DNA of 64,000 nt from Candidatus Thorarchaeota archaeon (GCA_963726195.1 CAVSBO010000003.1:160001-224000); one strand, 5' to 3'; numbered from the stretch's first letter, positions 29,199-40,302 are shown. Notes: a model not told the origin generated them from the sequence alone. Numbers and translations: made by a program.

Positions 29199-29403
29199 AT
29201 TTCTCAATCTCCTATCGTGCGAGTAAGAGAGGCACACAGGATACTTATCCTAATCGGCCACAAACCCATCAGACTGTCTTACGGGAATTGCGTCAGTACC
29301 AGACAAAGACGACGTTTAACGCGGTTGCCGCTTGACATCACAGTGTCTTCGTCCGCAGTTCTTATATCGATGACAACAAGAGTCGCAATCGAAGTGAATC
29401 ACT

Positions 29404-29685
29404 GTGACAACACTTATGGTTGTGCTTACTGGTGTATCAGATAGTGGAGACATTTCAATACGAGGTCTCATAACGAAAGGCATTTTGAAACCCGGCATGA
29501 AATGGAACGTTGAAGGCAAGTCCTTCGCAGCCGGACGCATTCTGGACAGGGGCGCCGATGCGCTGGGCAAAATCAAGGAGCTCAAAGAGGCGAAAGAGGG
29601 ACAGGCAGTTCAAGTCTTTCTAATCGGTGCAGATGCTCCAACTGTAAAGAAGCTCCAGAGAAAGCAGAACATTGAGTTTCTCTAA
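29404..29685 (+). CDS. Small EF-Tu/IF2 domain-II-like beta-barrel protein
   Basis: IRGLITKGILKPGM...LKEAKEGQAVQVFL pattern. Confidence 0.55.
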   Translation: MTTLMVVLTGVSDSGDISIRGLITKGILKPGMKWNVEGKSFAAGRILDRGADALGKIKELKEAKEGQAVQVFLIGADAPTVKKLQRKQNIEFL

Positions 29686-29827
29686 AAAGCAAGCCTGTCA
29701 AGACCTAGCTCTTTCTTCTCCTTTCGTGAGGCCCACTTGGTTACGGTCACGTTGGGCCTCATTCAATACGAAACTGTTTTAGGCCGCGTCCGGTCCGGGG
29801 CAGCCACATTTCCGGAGGCGCATTAGA

Positions 29828-31141
29828 GTGAGCAGCACAGATTCTTTCGACATAATCGTTGTCGGTGCAGGCGTTGTAGGTTGTTCTACGGCATACTACC
29901 TTCAAAAGAACAATCCAACCAAGCGGATTCTCCTCTTAGACAAACTACCTGCTGCCGGGCAAGGAAACACGGCCATGAGCGCAGCAGCAGTGAGGAATAT
30001 GTTCGCGTCTTCCACGAACCAGCTCCTGACTGACAGCTCTATCAAGTTCATCGAAAACATACAGACAAAGCTAGGTTTTGACTTGACGTTTGAGAAGTGT
30101 GGCTATCTTTGGCTTATGAGTGACAAGCAATTCAATGATCCAAGTGTACAGATGTGGATGCAGAAAATGAAGGCATCAGGCATCAGATGGACTTTGTATG
30201 ATAAGAAGCAGCTCAAGAAGATGATACCTAGCTTGAACGTGGACTTCGCACGAGATGAAGAAGTTCAACTAATGCGCCTGCAAGAAGTGAGTTACGGACT
30301 ATTCGGTCCTGATTGTGGAGTACTCGATCCGACCAAGCTCGTTAGTTTCTATCTGCAAGAATTCTCCAAGATCTCTAAGGTTAAGCCAAAGTTCGGGACC
30401 GAGGTCACAGGGCTTTTGCTCGAAGCAGACCCGAAGCTAGACATGCCTGGCGAACCTTTCGTCTGGCAGAACAAGCGAGTGAACGGAGTGAAGACAAGTA
30501 GCGGGATCCTGCGAGCTGAGACGGTTGTTCTAGCAACTGATGCATGGAGCAACAAGCTTCTCGACCCGGTCGGATTCGACAGTGAGACCAAGGCAAAGAA
30601 GCGCCAGATGTTCGTGATACATGCGAGTGAAAAGAAGGCTCTCATGGACCTCCTGTATACCAAAGGCTTCAGCGACAAGGGTTGCATACCTTTCACAATA
30701 CTCCCATCTGCGGGAGTTTATTTCAGACCTCAGCTCCAGGAGAAGGGTTTCTGGGTCGGCTGTGCTGACAAGTTCGGAAGAGCATATGACTATGCCCAGC
30801 CGGAAAGCTACACCCCTGAGGCCGCGTACTATGAGAATAGTGTCTATCCCGTTTTAGCCAAGTACTTCCCCCTGTTCGAGGGAGCACGGCCTGTCAACAG
30901 CTGGGCGGGCGGCTACAACTACAGTCCCGATGCCATACCATTCGTCTACAAGGACAGCGGGTTTCTCGTTGTCAACGGAACAAGCGGAAGCGGTATCATG
31001 AAGTCTGATGCTGTTGCTCGCATAGCAGACGCACTGTATCGCGGGCAACAGGACGCGGAGCTCTTTGGCGGCAAGAAGATTCCAGCGAATTCCCTGAGTA
31101 TCAAAGAGCGCAAAGTTGAGATTGAAAGCGTCATCATTTAA
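29828..31141 (+). CDS. FAD-dependent amino-acid oxidoreductase (DAO/sarcosine oxidase beta family)
   Basis: VVGAGVVG, GNTAMSAA, WAGGY.YSPDA.P, GTSGSGIMK. Confidence 0.9.
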   Translation: MSSTDSFDIIVVGAGVVGCSTAYYLQKNNPTKRILLLDKLPAAGQGNTAMSAAAVRNMFASSTNQLLTDSSIKFIENIQTKLGFDLTFEKCGYLWLMSDKQFNDPSVQMWMQKMKASGIRWTLYDKKQLKKMIPSLNVDFARDEEVQLMRLQEVSYGLFGPDCGVLDPTKLVSFYLQEFSKISKVKPKFGTEVTGLLLEADPKLDMPGEPFVWQNKRVNGVKTSSGILRAETVVLATDAWSNKLLDPVGFDSETKAKKRQMFVIHASEKKALMDLLYTKGFSDKGCIPFTILPSAGVYFRPQLQEKGFWVGCADKFGRAYDYAQPESYTPEAAYYENSVYPVLAKYFPLFEGARPVNSWAGGYNYSPDAIPFVYKDSGFLVVNGTSGSGIMKSDAVARIADALYRGQQDAELFGGKKIPANSLSIKERKVEIESVII

Positions 31142-31217
31142 CTGAGACTTTCCAATCTAGGGGTTGTGGAATCCTTTTATCGAAGAGCAGATTCCGCAAA
31201 TGCAGGAGGTTCATTAC

Positions 31218-31727
31218 TTGGACGCAATGGAGGCTCTGCTCACTAGAAGGAGCATAAGGAAGTACAGACAGGGCGATGTCCCAGACAGCGTGGTCAAGGA
31301 TGTCTTGACTGCGGCAATGAGCGCCCCATCAGCGGGCAACGAGCAGGCTTGGCAGTTCGTTGTCATTAGAGACCATCAGACTCTCGTCAAGATGGCAGAG
31401 ATCCATCAATACGCCCAGATGCTCAAGGAAGCTGCATTGGCCATCCTAGTCTGCGGCGACCTCTCGCTTCAGAAGTACAAGGACTGGTGGCCGCAGGACT
31501 GCTCAGCCGCGATGGAGAACCTGTTATTAGCCATCCACGCGAGCGGATTCTCATCGGTCTGGCTCGGAGTCTATCCGCGGCAAGAACGCATTGAGGGGCT
31601 CAGGAAACTGCTTGGTCTCCCGGAGCACGTGGTCCCGTTTGCGATTGCGCCCGTGGGGATCCCCGGTGAGAAGAAGGGCAAAGAGAACCGCTACACAGAA
31701 TCCAAAGTTCACCGCGACAAATGGTAG
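31218..31727 (+). CDS. Nitroreductase family protein
   Basis: RRSIRKY, APSAGNEQAW, DCSAAMENLLLA, SVWLG; AGGAGGT SD. Confidence 0.92.
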   Translation: MDAMEALLTRRSIRKYRQGDVPDSVVKDVLTAAMSAPSAGNEQAWQFVVIRDHQTLVKMAEIHQYAQMLKEAALAILVCGDLSLQKYKDWWPQDCSAAMENLLLAIHASGFSSVWLGVYPRQERIEGLRKLLGLPEHVVPFAIAPVGIPGEKKGKENRYTESKVHRDKW

Positions 31728-31830
31728 CCTGAGCGGCATCTGTGCGGCGAATGTGACCTACTGGCCTCTGGGACGCAGATATATACGCCCGCACGATTAC
31801 AATAGGTGTTCATTCAGAGAGGATTGCGAC

Positions 31831-32313
31831 ATGACCTTCAAGAATCTGGGCCATTATCATGTCTGGGCCGGCGACAGAATGCGAGAAATGGTTGGCCAGC
31901 TAGATGACAAGGCCTATGCAAGAAGGATTCGCGGCAAGAGTGCGAAGGATTTGTGCCAGCACATTGTCTTGGCGCTTGAGACCTGTTTCTCTGTCGCAGA
32001 CAACTCATCCGACGAAAGCGTGTTTGACAGAGTGCCCTCCTTCTCAAAGAAGGAACTTATGTCGAGATGGGCAGAGCTGGATTGACGACTCGGCCGCTTG
32101 GTAGAAGAGATACCTCAGGGGAAAATCAGCGTGAGCCATATCTCCGAGAAACCCTTTGAACTGGACGCACTAGACTTCTACCTTCAGTACGTGATTCATA
32201 CAACACACCATCGGGGACAGCTTGCCATGACGCTCAGGGCCTTAGGCATAGATGTCATTGGTACTGACTATATTCTGTTCCTGTCAAGAGATGCTGAAGA
32301 CTGGGTCCATTAG
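31831..32313 (+). CDS. DinB family protein interrupted by an in-frame TGA at 32083
   Basis: YH.WA..R, S...L..HI and HTTHHRGQL in one frame across the TGA. Confidence 0.75.
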
Positions 32314-32450
32314 AGGAATTCGTAGACGAGCATTGTTGTTGCGTCCACTGGTGGACACAAGCTGCGGTCTCATTCCAACTGAATCTCTGCGGAAAACGTC
32401 ATTGCGGTCTCCTTATCTGTGAATCTGAAGACGAACAGATATTCTGAGCG

Positions 32451-33427
32451 GTGAGCTCTATGAAAGTCGGAATACTAACGAGCGGTGGAGATTCCCCCGG
32501 AATGAACGCTTGCATCCGAGCGATTGTCAGAATCGGGTGTGCACGCGGCTTGAATATCACAGGAATCTATGGAGGCTTTCAAGGCATTCTCAATGAAGAC
32601 TATGTTGACCTCACCGCAAGATCAGTGGCTCACATCATCCAACGCGGAGGCACCTTTCTCACTACTGGAAGGTCTGAGGAGTTCAAGACCGAAGAGGGGC
32701 TGAAGAAAGCTGCTCACAACTTGGACAAGGCGGGTTTCAATGCGTTGATTGCGCTTGGCGGTGATGGAACAATGCATGGTCTTGCTGCATTGACCAAGTA
32801 CTGGCCGCATCAGACACTCGCAATACCAACAACCATAGACAATGATGTGTACGGTACGGATTTCACAATTGGATTCGACACCGCAGTAAACAATGCAATC
32901 GAGGCAATCGACAAGATACGTGATACCGCAGAAGCGTTCTCGCGAGTCTTCCTCATTGAGGTCATGGGACGCGACTGCGGAGCCATAGGCGCACACGTTG
33001 GTATTGCTTCCGGCGCCACCGCTATCGCCTTGCCAGAGACCAAAACAGACCTCAATGCCATGGCGAAGAAGCTGAATAGAAGGCCGGGTCCGGGGTAAGT
33101 CAAGTGCGATTGTAATTGTGGCCGAGGGTGACGACGAGGGCCCAGCAGCTGCGATGGCTGAAAAGCTCTCCAAGCTGATTAATGAGAGATGTCGTGTGTC
33201 AGTTCTTGGGTACATTCAGCGTGGCGGTAATCCGACTCGCATGGACAGGATTCTGGCAACCAGGCTCGGTGCGTTTGCAATCGAGTGCCTCCAGAAAGGA
33301 ACCAAGGGAGTCATGCTTGGCGAAATGGGAGGTAGACTCACAACAACCCCGTACGAGCAGACTTGGTCAAAGAAGAAACCGCTTGACGAGTACCTGTTGG
33401 GTTTCATTGATGAGCTTGCAGGCATAG
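32451..33427 (+). CDS. pfkA: ATP-dependent 6-phosphofructokinase (frameshifts near 33075 and 33421)
   Basis: TSGGDSPGMN, GGTFL, GGDGT, TIDND, GFDTA, EVMGRDCG, VAEG, LGYIQRGG. Confidence 0.92.
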
Positions 33428-33471
33428 TTCTTCCTGTTGGTGTTTATCAGTCCTGCCCAGTACTACATAGT

Positions 33472-33957
33472 GTGAGAGATGATACCAGACAAACCAATCT
33501 AGAGGACTTCGATCAGTCTGATGATAGCAAACCTCAGATTGAGTCGCTCCCGCCTCCAGCTGAGAGAAGGACAAGAGCCAAGGTACATCTCTGGCAAAAG
33601 ACTAGACAAGAAGGGGAAGAATGGTGTGTCTGCAATTTTGATGGTACTGTCTTCTTTGCGCAGCTGACAGATGGTGAGATTCATGCCTATGGCATGAAGG
33701 CAGTCTGTAGATGGTGCGGAGACGACCTCGCTGTTCGCGAGGACAAGGTCTTTTGTAATGGAAGATGTGGCAGATACCAAGGACAGTTCTCTCTCGACCC
33801 GAACATGTACCTTCAATGGGAAGGGGCGAAATCCTACACACTAAGGAAGGAAATCGCCCAAGTCGAAGGATTGGAGCTGGAACCTAGAGACCTTGAGCCC
33901 ATCCAATATGCACCCAACTGGTCCGTATTCGATGAGTATGATGAAGACCAAGAATGA
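33472..33957 (+). CDS. Hypothetical zinc-ribbon protein
   Basis: CRWC...CNGRC; own TTTATC box about 25 nt upstream of the GTG. Confidence 0.65.
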   Translation: MRDDTRQTNLEDFDQSDDSKPQIESLPPPAERRTRAKVHLWQKTRQEGEEWCVCNFDGTVFFAQLTDGEIHAYGMKAVCRWCGDDLAVREDKVFCNGRCGRYQGQFSLDPNMYLQWEGAKSYTLRKEIAQVEGLELEPRDLEPIQYAPNWSVFDEYDEDQE

Positions 33958-34018
33958 GAGGCATCTGCACACTCGCTAACATTCATAAACCGGCTTGACG
34001 CCGGAATATCGACACACT

Positions 34019-34717
34019 ATGAGTGAACCAAGGCTCCATCACAGCATGGGCACCTTTTCCATTTTCATAATGCTTGGTGTTTTGATTCTGGCGTTGTTCT
34101 TCCTCCAAGCAGTTGGCTATGCATTCATTCGATTGGGACTGCCTACTTGGCTGGCAATGATTATCGTGCCCGGATCGCTGTTGGGCAGTATCATCAATAT
34201 CCCTCTCGCCACAGTAAACTCGGATGCGACTCCTTGCACAGAGTCGCAGTTTGTTAGTGTGTTTGGTCTTGGCTACAGAGTCGTTTCACCGGATTGCCCA
34301 GGAAAGCTGCAGCTTAGCATAAACGTTGGTGGGGCCATCATCCCCATAGCCGTAAGTGCATACCTGCTTTGGGCGAATCAGAACGTGCTCGTTCCCGCGT
34401 TGATAGCCATCGTCGTTGTGTCGCTATTCGTGCACGCAGTTGCTAAGGTTGAACCGAACGTGGGTGTCGTCACTCCTGCTATTCTACCAGCTCTCGTCGC
34501 AGCGTTTACCACATTCTTACTGATACAGTTCATCCCGAGCTTGACTGCTACGTATGTTGTTGCATATGTTTCTGGCACGTTGGGCTCTCTCATCGGAGCT
34601 GATTTGCTCAATATTGGCAAGTTAGGGATGCTGAGAAGCGGTCGCGCTTCGATAGGTGGAGCCGGGACGTTTGATGGCGTCTTCATCGGCGGGTTACTAG
34701 CGATGTTCTTCATTTAG
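34019..34717 (+). CDS. DUF1614 membrane protein
   Basis: GSIINIP, INVGGAIIP, GTLGSLIGADLLN, ASIGGAGTFDGVF. Confidence 0.9.
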   Translation: MSEPRLHHSMGTFSIFIMLGVLILALFFLQAVGYAFIRLGLPTWLAMIIVPGSLLGSIINIPLATVNSDATPCTESQFVSVFGLGYRVVSPDCPGKLQLSINVGGAIIPIAVSAYLLWANQNVLVPALIAIVVVSLFVHAVAKVEPNVGVVTPAILPALVAAFTTFLLIQFIPSLTATYVVAYVSGTLGSLIGADLLNIGKLGMLRSGRASIGGAGTFDGVFIGGLLAMFFI

Positions 34718-35600
34718 ACCGGGTTTTCTGTGGGTCTAGCTGAAACAGATGGTAGCTTGCGTCCACATATTCATCTGGCACCACGCCTAGGCTCACAGCC
34801 CACTGCTTGGTTCCAGGTCTAACGAAGAACACCCCTCTGTCAGAATCAGAACCTTCCAGTTTGTCAAGGGCTCTTGCCATGATGTCTATGAATGTCGCCT
34901 GATCGGTACTGAAAATCGAGAATGTCATTATCTTCATGTCGGTTCGTGGCACCGTATTGCCATAGAACAACCCGATGCATTGTCCCTCTTCGTCAATGAT
35001 AGCGCTGAATTCTGTCTGAGCCGCAAGTCGTCTCAAGCCATCCCGTGTCTTGAACTCAAAGTCCCACGCAAAGGGAAGAGTGTCGGTCTCAACGAGCTCC
35101 GGGTTTCGCTTGAGCATATCTTCGAGCCTGTCTGGAGACACAGCCAGAGGAGTGATGAGTGGGCTAGGCTTGGGGTGTGGGGGGAAAGGTTTCTCAATTC
35201 GGAATATGCCAACTGTGTCCGCCATTGCGAACCCGGCTTTGCCTGCGAGGCCCATTGACGCCTCATTCCTGCTGCCAGTTGAATACCACAGCGTTGTTAC
35301 CCGATTGCGTTTGGCTAACCCTATGATATTCAAGACAACGGCCAGACCTAGTCCTTGGCGGTGATGGTCGGCTCTGACTCTGAGACCATTGACCCAGCCG
35401 ATATGAGAATTCGGTACGAGATTGAGAGTGGCGATGGCCACAAGCTCGTCTCGCTCAAACACACCCATTGGGATAGAATCCTTAGAAGTGGCCCATTGCG
35501 GAAACACGTCTGGCACATAGTCATGTTCTTCCAGCGTGGCACAGAGCGCGGTCACCTGTGCATGGTCGGCAAGCTTGAGCCGTCTCAGCGAATTGGTCAC
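34710..35600 (-). CDS. GNAT family acetyltransferase
   Basis: DYVP, GLRVRADHHRQGLG, NEASMGLA.K.GF. Confidence 0.85.
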   Translation of the reverse strand: MTNSLRRLKLADHAQVTALCATLEEHDYVPDVFPQWATSKDSIPMGVFERDELVAIATLNLVPNSHIGWVNGLRVRADHHRQGLGLAVVLNIIGLAKRNRVTTLWYSTGSRNEASMGLAGKAGFAMADTVGIFRIEKPFPPHPKPSPLITPLAVSPDRLEDMLKRNPELVETDTLPFAWDFEFKTRDGLRRLAAQTEFSAIIDEEGQCIGLFYGNTVPRTDMKIMTFSIFSTDQATFIDIMARALDKLEGSDSDRGVFFVRPGTKQWAVSLGVVPDEYVDASYHLFQLDPQKTRSK

Positions 35601-35693
35601 GTTCCCGGACGCGACCAGTCCACCTTATGAAATGTCCTAATGCGGATTGTTGCCGCACGAAGGAGACGATTCTCGACCATGGACCAAGCTTGG

Positions 35694-36530
35694 CTAGTTG
35701 CCCGAATTTTGCAGTATCAGGCAATAGTGGTGGTGCGTGTTCGAAACATATGTTGTCGGATAGCCCCAGCATCCGAGACGCTTGTTGTCTTGACACCAGA
35801 TTTGCTCCTGCCTGAGCCGATAAAGCCGAGACAGTCTTCGAGCCAAGTCCCAAGCGATGGGTCGCATGATGCCATCAGAATCTAGCATGTTCTGTGCCAC
35901 TACCGTAAGATATGCGCCCTGTTTGAGAAAAGTGTGGACGCAATCGAGAACCTGTCCAACTGCTTCGAGATAATCATCGTATGAAATGATGTTGCCAATG
36001 TCGGTGGACGCCGCGCCATAGACTAGGTCCAAACCTCTTCTACGCCGCTCCTTGTGCGCCGAGTCATTGCCGCCTCTAGACTTGTGAAGCATGTTCCAAT
36101 ATGGGGGTGACGTAATGAGATAGTCGAACTGTGGCGGATTCGCATCAAATGCGCTCTCCAACAGAGATGCCATATGACTAGAGTCACCATTGATGATGTG
36201 GTGCTGTCCCGACCCCGGTGTTCGTTCTACATCCGACTGCCCGATAGAGGCATACTGGTGGTTTAGCTCAATGCCAACGGAGTTCCTACCCAGTGTTTTG
36301 CACGCTACCGATGTGCTGCCCACTCCGGCAAATGGGTCAATCACCCATGCGCCTTCTCTGGTGAAGTATCTCACGAAGCGCGTGACTAGGTCTTCAGGGA
36401 ATTTAGCAGGGTGTTCCATCTGATCCTTACTACGTGAAGGTGGGTTGACAACGAACCAAGACTTGGTCGACTTCACCCATTCCTTTCCTTCCAGATCATT
36501 AAGCCTCGGCCGTGGACTATTGGTGACCAT
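35694..36530 (-). CDS. Solitary amino-methyltransferase (N4C/N6A DNA MTase family)
   Basis: HPAKFP, DPFAGVGST, GIELN, ITSPPYW. Confidence 0.85.
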   Translation of the reverse strand: MVTNSPRPRLNDLEGKEWVKSTKSWFVVNPPSRSKDQMEHPAKFPEDLVTRFVRYFTREGAWVIDPFAGVGSTSVACKTLGRNSVGIELNHQYASIGQSDVERTPGSGQHHIINGDSSHMASLLESAFDANPPQFDYLITSPPYWNMLHKSRGGNDSAHKERRRRGLDLVYGAASTDIGNIISYDDYLEAVGQVLDCVHTFLKQGAYLTVVAQNMLDSDGIMRPIAWDLARRLSRLYRLRQEQIWCQDNKRLGCWGYPTTYVSNTHHHYCLILQNSGN

Positions 36531-36568
36531 GTTGTAGCCGCCGAGGCATACTCGCTCCAGAGGATAAA

Positions 36569-38486
36569 TCAAGCTTGCGTTGTTGGAAGCTCAGGAACGG
36601 CGGAGGCTTTGTCGACCATCCTCTGACGTAGTGCAAGCACAACATGAGACACGAGCGCGAAGATGACCAAGAAGACCCCGATAGAAGGCAAAAGCCCTAC
36701 AGAGAGTCCCCAGACTAGCAAGAACACAGCAAAGACTGTTAGAATCGACAACTCTCCATTGACAATGTACCTCTGTGTAGTCTTCTTTTCCCCAATCCTC
36801 GAAAACCAAACCACTAGAGGAAGCCAGAACAGAAGTACAATCCAAAAAGACGCTACGATGCCGAGATTCAACTTCAGTGCAGGACCTGATTTCATCTGAT
36901 CAATTCCGATCAGGAGGGGTATCATGATTGAACCCTGACCCGAAGCGCCATTGCCCCAGATTTGACTAGCGAACTGACTACGCAGGTCGTAAGTGAACCA
37001 TGGAAAGAAGGCACTAGCGAGAACAAGCAAGAATGCAAAGGCATCGGGGTCAGGATATGACCCGTACCTCTTTCGGTCTAACAGAATGGGAAAGGCTGTC
37101 GCTGCTAATCCTATTAGGAACACAGAGATTAACAAATCCCCGATGAAGTCTGCATCCGTCAAGGCTAAACCCAGAATCACAGCGGATGGATATGCTGTGC
37201 TTACCACGATATTGACTGAACCGCCCTGCTCCGAAAGACTTAGCCACATGTACTCGCTAGCATGCCAAGTAATCTCTTGGATGAAGACACAATCGAATTT
37301 CGTCTCCTCTCCGGGCAGGTAAAGGATGAGTGGCGGTCCAATGTAGAAGCTTTCGATGTCATAGTAATCATAGTAGCTTCCGAAACCGTTGAAATAGTTC
37401 ACTTCGTTGCTGGACCCGCCAATAGTGAAAGTTGTGATTCGAAATTCAGGCTGTGAGTCGAACTCTACACTAATGGTTGGTATCCTTGCAGCCACGAAAA
37501 TCGTTCTGTTCTCGCGCAGCTGGAAATAGAAGGAATATGGCGCCCACGGTCCGAAACCTGAGTATGATCTCGGCCAACCCACATTCGCCGAGTAGTTATC
37601 GGGAGGAAAGGTAGAGCGTGTCATTCGCAGACCTTGGCGTGAACACAGCAGACTTCCCATCGCTCTTTCGCGTCAGATTCACGATTGGCGGCTTGACTAA
37701 GTACGCTGAGAACGGGTTGCTGTATATGCTGGAGCCGCTCTCTGTCTGAACATCGATGCGTACGGGACTAAGGTACTCGGAGGAGAAGGCCTCGTAAGTG
37801 AGATTGTGGATGAGCAGAGAGGCCTCGCCTGCATTTGGATTGTTCGGCCCGATGATGACATACAATCGCGTGGCAACGATGAATGAACTCGCGGTCATCT
37901 GAATAGTGCCGGTAGGCATATCCAGCGACATATGCTGCTCCTGTCCGGCCGTAACGTTGATTGAGTACGCTCCGTACTCCAAGTAGTTCCAAAGACTACC
38001 GCTCTTCCATGAAGCATCGAACCGTATGCTGAAGCTGCCAGAAATCGATTTGAGCGCCATTGAAGCAGAGAGCCACATGAGATTCCCGACGGCGATATCC
38101 AACGGGGCACAGTATACGGCCGAACCGCTTTCGAAGTCGGAATAGATTACCCCGTTGGGCCAGCGCAAGTCCACGCGGAGCCCCTGAGCGGTTTCGGTAG
38201 TATTCATGACATAGTTGTCACCGGACACCAAATGCAAACTCGAGGCTAGACAAGTTGGTGAGCCGGTCGTCAAGTAGAAGTGACTGCTCGAGTCACATGA
38301 TGCTTCTTGGACGCTTACTCCTGCTGTGCCCGTCACAGCATCGCCGGCATGAACAAGCACCGCGGGGCTAACGCTGGCATCCAGACCAATTGTGACGAAC
38401 AATCCGATGAAAAACAGTGCTACTAGTATCGGAAATGGGATGTTAAGTGCACGACCGTGACCCGATGTCCAGAAACCCCCTGTCAT
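36569..38486 (-). CDS. Hypothetical protein with large extracellular domain and C-terminal multi-TM region, frameshift near 37610
   Basis: ORFs 37596-38594 and 36569-37660 join (NDTLY.../PPDNYS...). Confidence 0.6.
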
Positions 38487-38755
38487 ACATCCACGTTTCA
38501 ACAGATGCTCAGTCAGGATATAATCAATTCGACTTCTCTGGAGCATATCGATTCCGAGGAGCCGACAGCGTGTTGCGAGATGGAGGAAAGTCATTCGCGA
38601 GCAGATTACGATAATGCATGAATCCTCAGAACCACAACTTAGATGACGAACACAGGGTGGTGTCAGCCTTTACGGGCGGGCCATCGAATGGCGGACAGTG
38701 CGTTTTCCGAACTGGATTTAAGCGACCTCTCTTCAAACCATCACATCAGTCAGGT

Positions 38756-39622
38756 ATGGGAGAAAGCGTCATAATGACGTCAACGGAAAGAGATGATACA
38801 ACTACGCCCGAAAGCGGTATGCCGCCGGGGCGTCCCTCCGAGCATCGTGAACACCATCGCACGCACAGAGAACGAGCAAGAATCAACATATACGGGACCG
38901 TCACCGCATTCATCTTGTGGATAGCGTTCGTCGCGGTCTGGCTTTTCCTGTTTGCAGTGCATTATGACATTTTCAGAAACATTACTCTTAACGCGGCCTC
39001 ATTTCTCCTGATGGGAGGGCTAATTGGTCTCATATGGGCTCCCGGAGAAGCAGGACCGAGAAAATGGGCTTGGAGGATACGGGGCTCGATTGTTTCTGCC
39101 GTTGGCTGGTTGGCATTCGTAATCCTTTGGATACCTTGGCTTGCACACAGATTCGCCCTTTATACAAACGCGGCAATCCTGTTGGCTTCGTCCTTTGCTT
39201 TCATAGCCTTCAACGCGGTCGCATGGGTAGGGGTAATACCAGGTGAAATGGGCACGGGACTGAGAAGAAGAATGGCCGGCAGCTTTGTTGTTGCCCTCGC
39301 GTGGCTTGCTTTCATGGTCATATGGCTGTCCCTCTACGCCGAAGCCTACGGCTATGCTTGGGAGCAGAATCTAGCCATCTTGATCCTTGGTGGACTCCCT
39401 GTCTACCTCATCTTGGCAGGTCTGTGGATACCCTACGCAAAGAGATTCGGAGGTCTCCGCAGGACAGCACCCGAGATTCCGCTTCTATTCGCGTGGCTGG
39501 TCGTGCTTTTCGTGTGGTTCTGGTTCTACGGGAAACCCTTCAATTTCTACCAGAATGCAGCCATCACGCTAGTCACGTTGATCCTGTTCGTTGGAATAGC
39601 CAGAGCTATTGCGAGGAGATAG
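38756..39622 (+). CDS. Membrane protein made of four helical-hairpin repeats
   Basis: 4 x W.AF...W......Y/F...N.A/I.. units. Confidence 0.75.
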   Translation: MGESVIMTSTERDDTTTPESGMPPGRPSEHREHHRTHRERARINIYGTVTAFILWIAFVAVWLFLFAVHYDIFRNITLNAASFLLMGGLIGLIWAPGEAGPRKWAWRIRGSIVSAVGWLAFVILWIPWLAHRFALYTNAAILLASSFAFIAFNAVAWVGVIPGEMGTGLRRRMAGSFVVALAWLAFMVIWLSLYAEAYGYAWEQNLAILILGGLPVYLILAGLWIPYAKRFGGLRRTAPEIPLLFAWLVVLFVWFWFYGKPFNFYQNAAITLVTLILFVGIARAIARR

Positions 39623-39720
39623 CCAAGGACACGTAACCATGCATAACTCTGCTTGATGTATCGGTATTTCCTTGCAGAATTAGGCGCGATTGGGTGCAGC
39701 ACTTTCATTAAGTTTGCCGC

Positions 39721-40302
39721 TCAGCGTTCCATATGCTTGGGACTGACGCTATGCTTCTTTGCAGGGTTCGCTTTTCGTGTTCTTGCTCTTGACAGGATTT
39801 CCCGTGTCATCTTTGTGAAGGCTTCTTCAACATTGAGGTCGTCTTTGGCACTGGTCGACACGACATCGACCTTAAACTTCTGGGCTAATTGCTTCTTCAC
39901 ATCGTCTCCTATGTGACTTGGGAGGTCAACCTTGTTCTCCACCAAGACGAGCGGTATCTTGCCGGTGACTGCAAAGAGCGTAGAGATCCAATCATCGACT
40001 CGGCGGATGGTCTCCGCTCGTGTTGTGTCGAACACGAAGAAGGCCCCTGATGCATTGGAGTAATAGGCTCTTCTTAGCAGAGCGAAATCATCTTGGCCAC
40101 CGATGTCCCAGATGACCAGCTTGATTTGCAGGTCATCAATCTTCACCATCTTCACGTGTACATTTGTCCCGATTGTCGACAGGTAATCGCCCTCGAAGCT
40201 GTCATAGACATACCTGCCCACAAGACTGGTCTTTCCTACGGCCGGCTCGCCTAGAAATACAATCTTGAAGAGGTAATCAACGACATCGGGCAGCGCGAGC
40301 AC
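39721..40302 (-). CDS. Rab-like small GTPase
   Basis: DYLFKIVFLGEPAVGKTS, STIG, IWDIGGQ, NKVD, TSAK. Confidence 0.93.
   Translation of the reverse strand: MLALPDVVDYLFKIVFLGEPAVGKTSLVGRYVYDSFEGDYLSTIGTNVHVKMVKIDDLQIKLVIWDIGGQDDFALLRRAYYSNASGAFFVFDTTRAETIRRVDDWISTLFAVTGKIPLVLVENKVDLPSHIGDDVKKQLAQKFKVDVVSTSAKDDLNVEEAFTKMTREILSRARTRKANPAKKHSVSPKHMER

Noticed and set aside
8841-32085. Selenocysteine recoding at the two in-frame TGAs
   Set aside because: Neither site is a catalytic Cys position and no SECIS-like element was seen
33118-33957. Apparent PfkA C-terminus fused to a zinc-ribbon domain
   Set aside because: One extra G (GCA GGC ATA G vs GCA GCA TAG) removes the Pfk stop, and the downstream gene has its own TATA box and GTG
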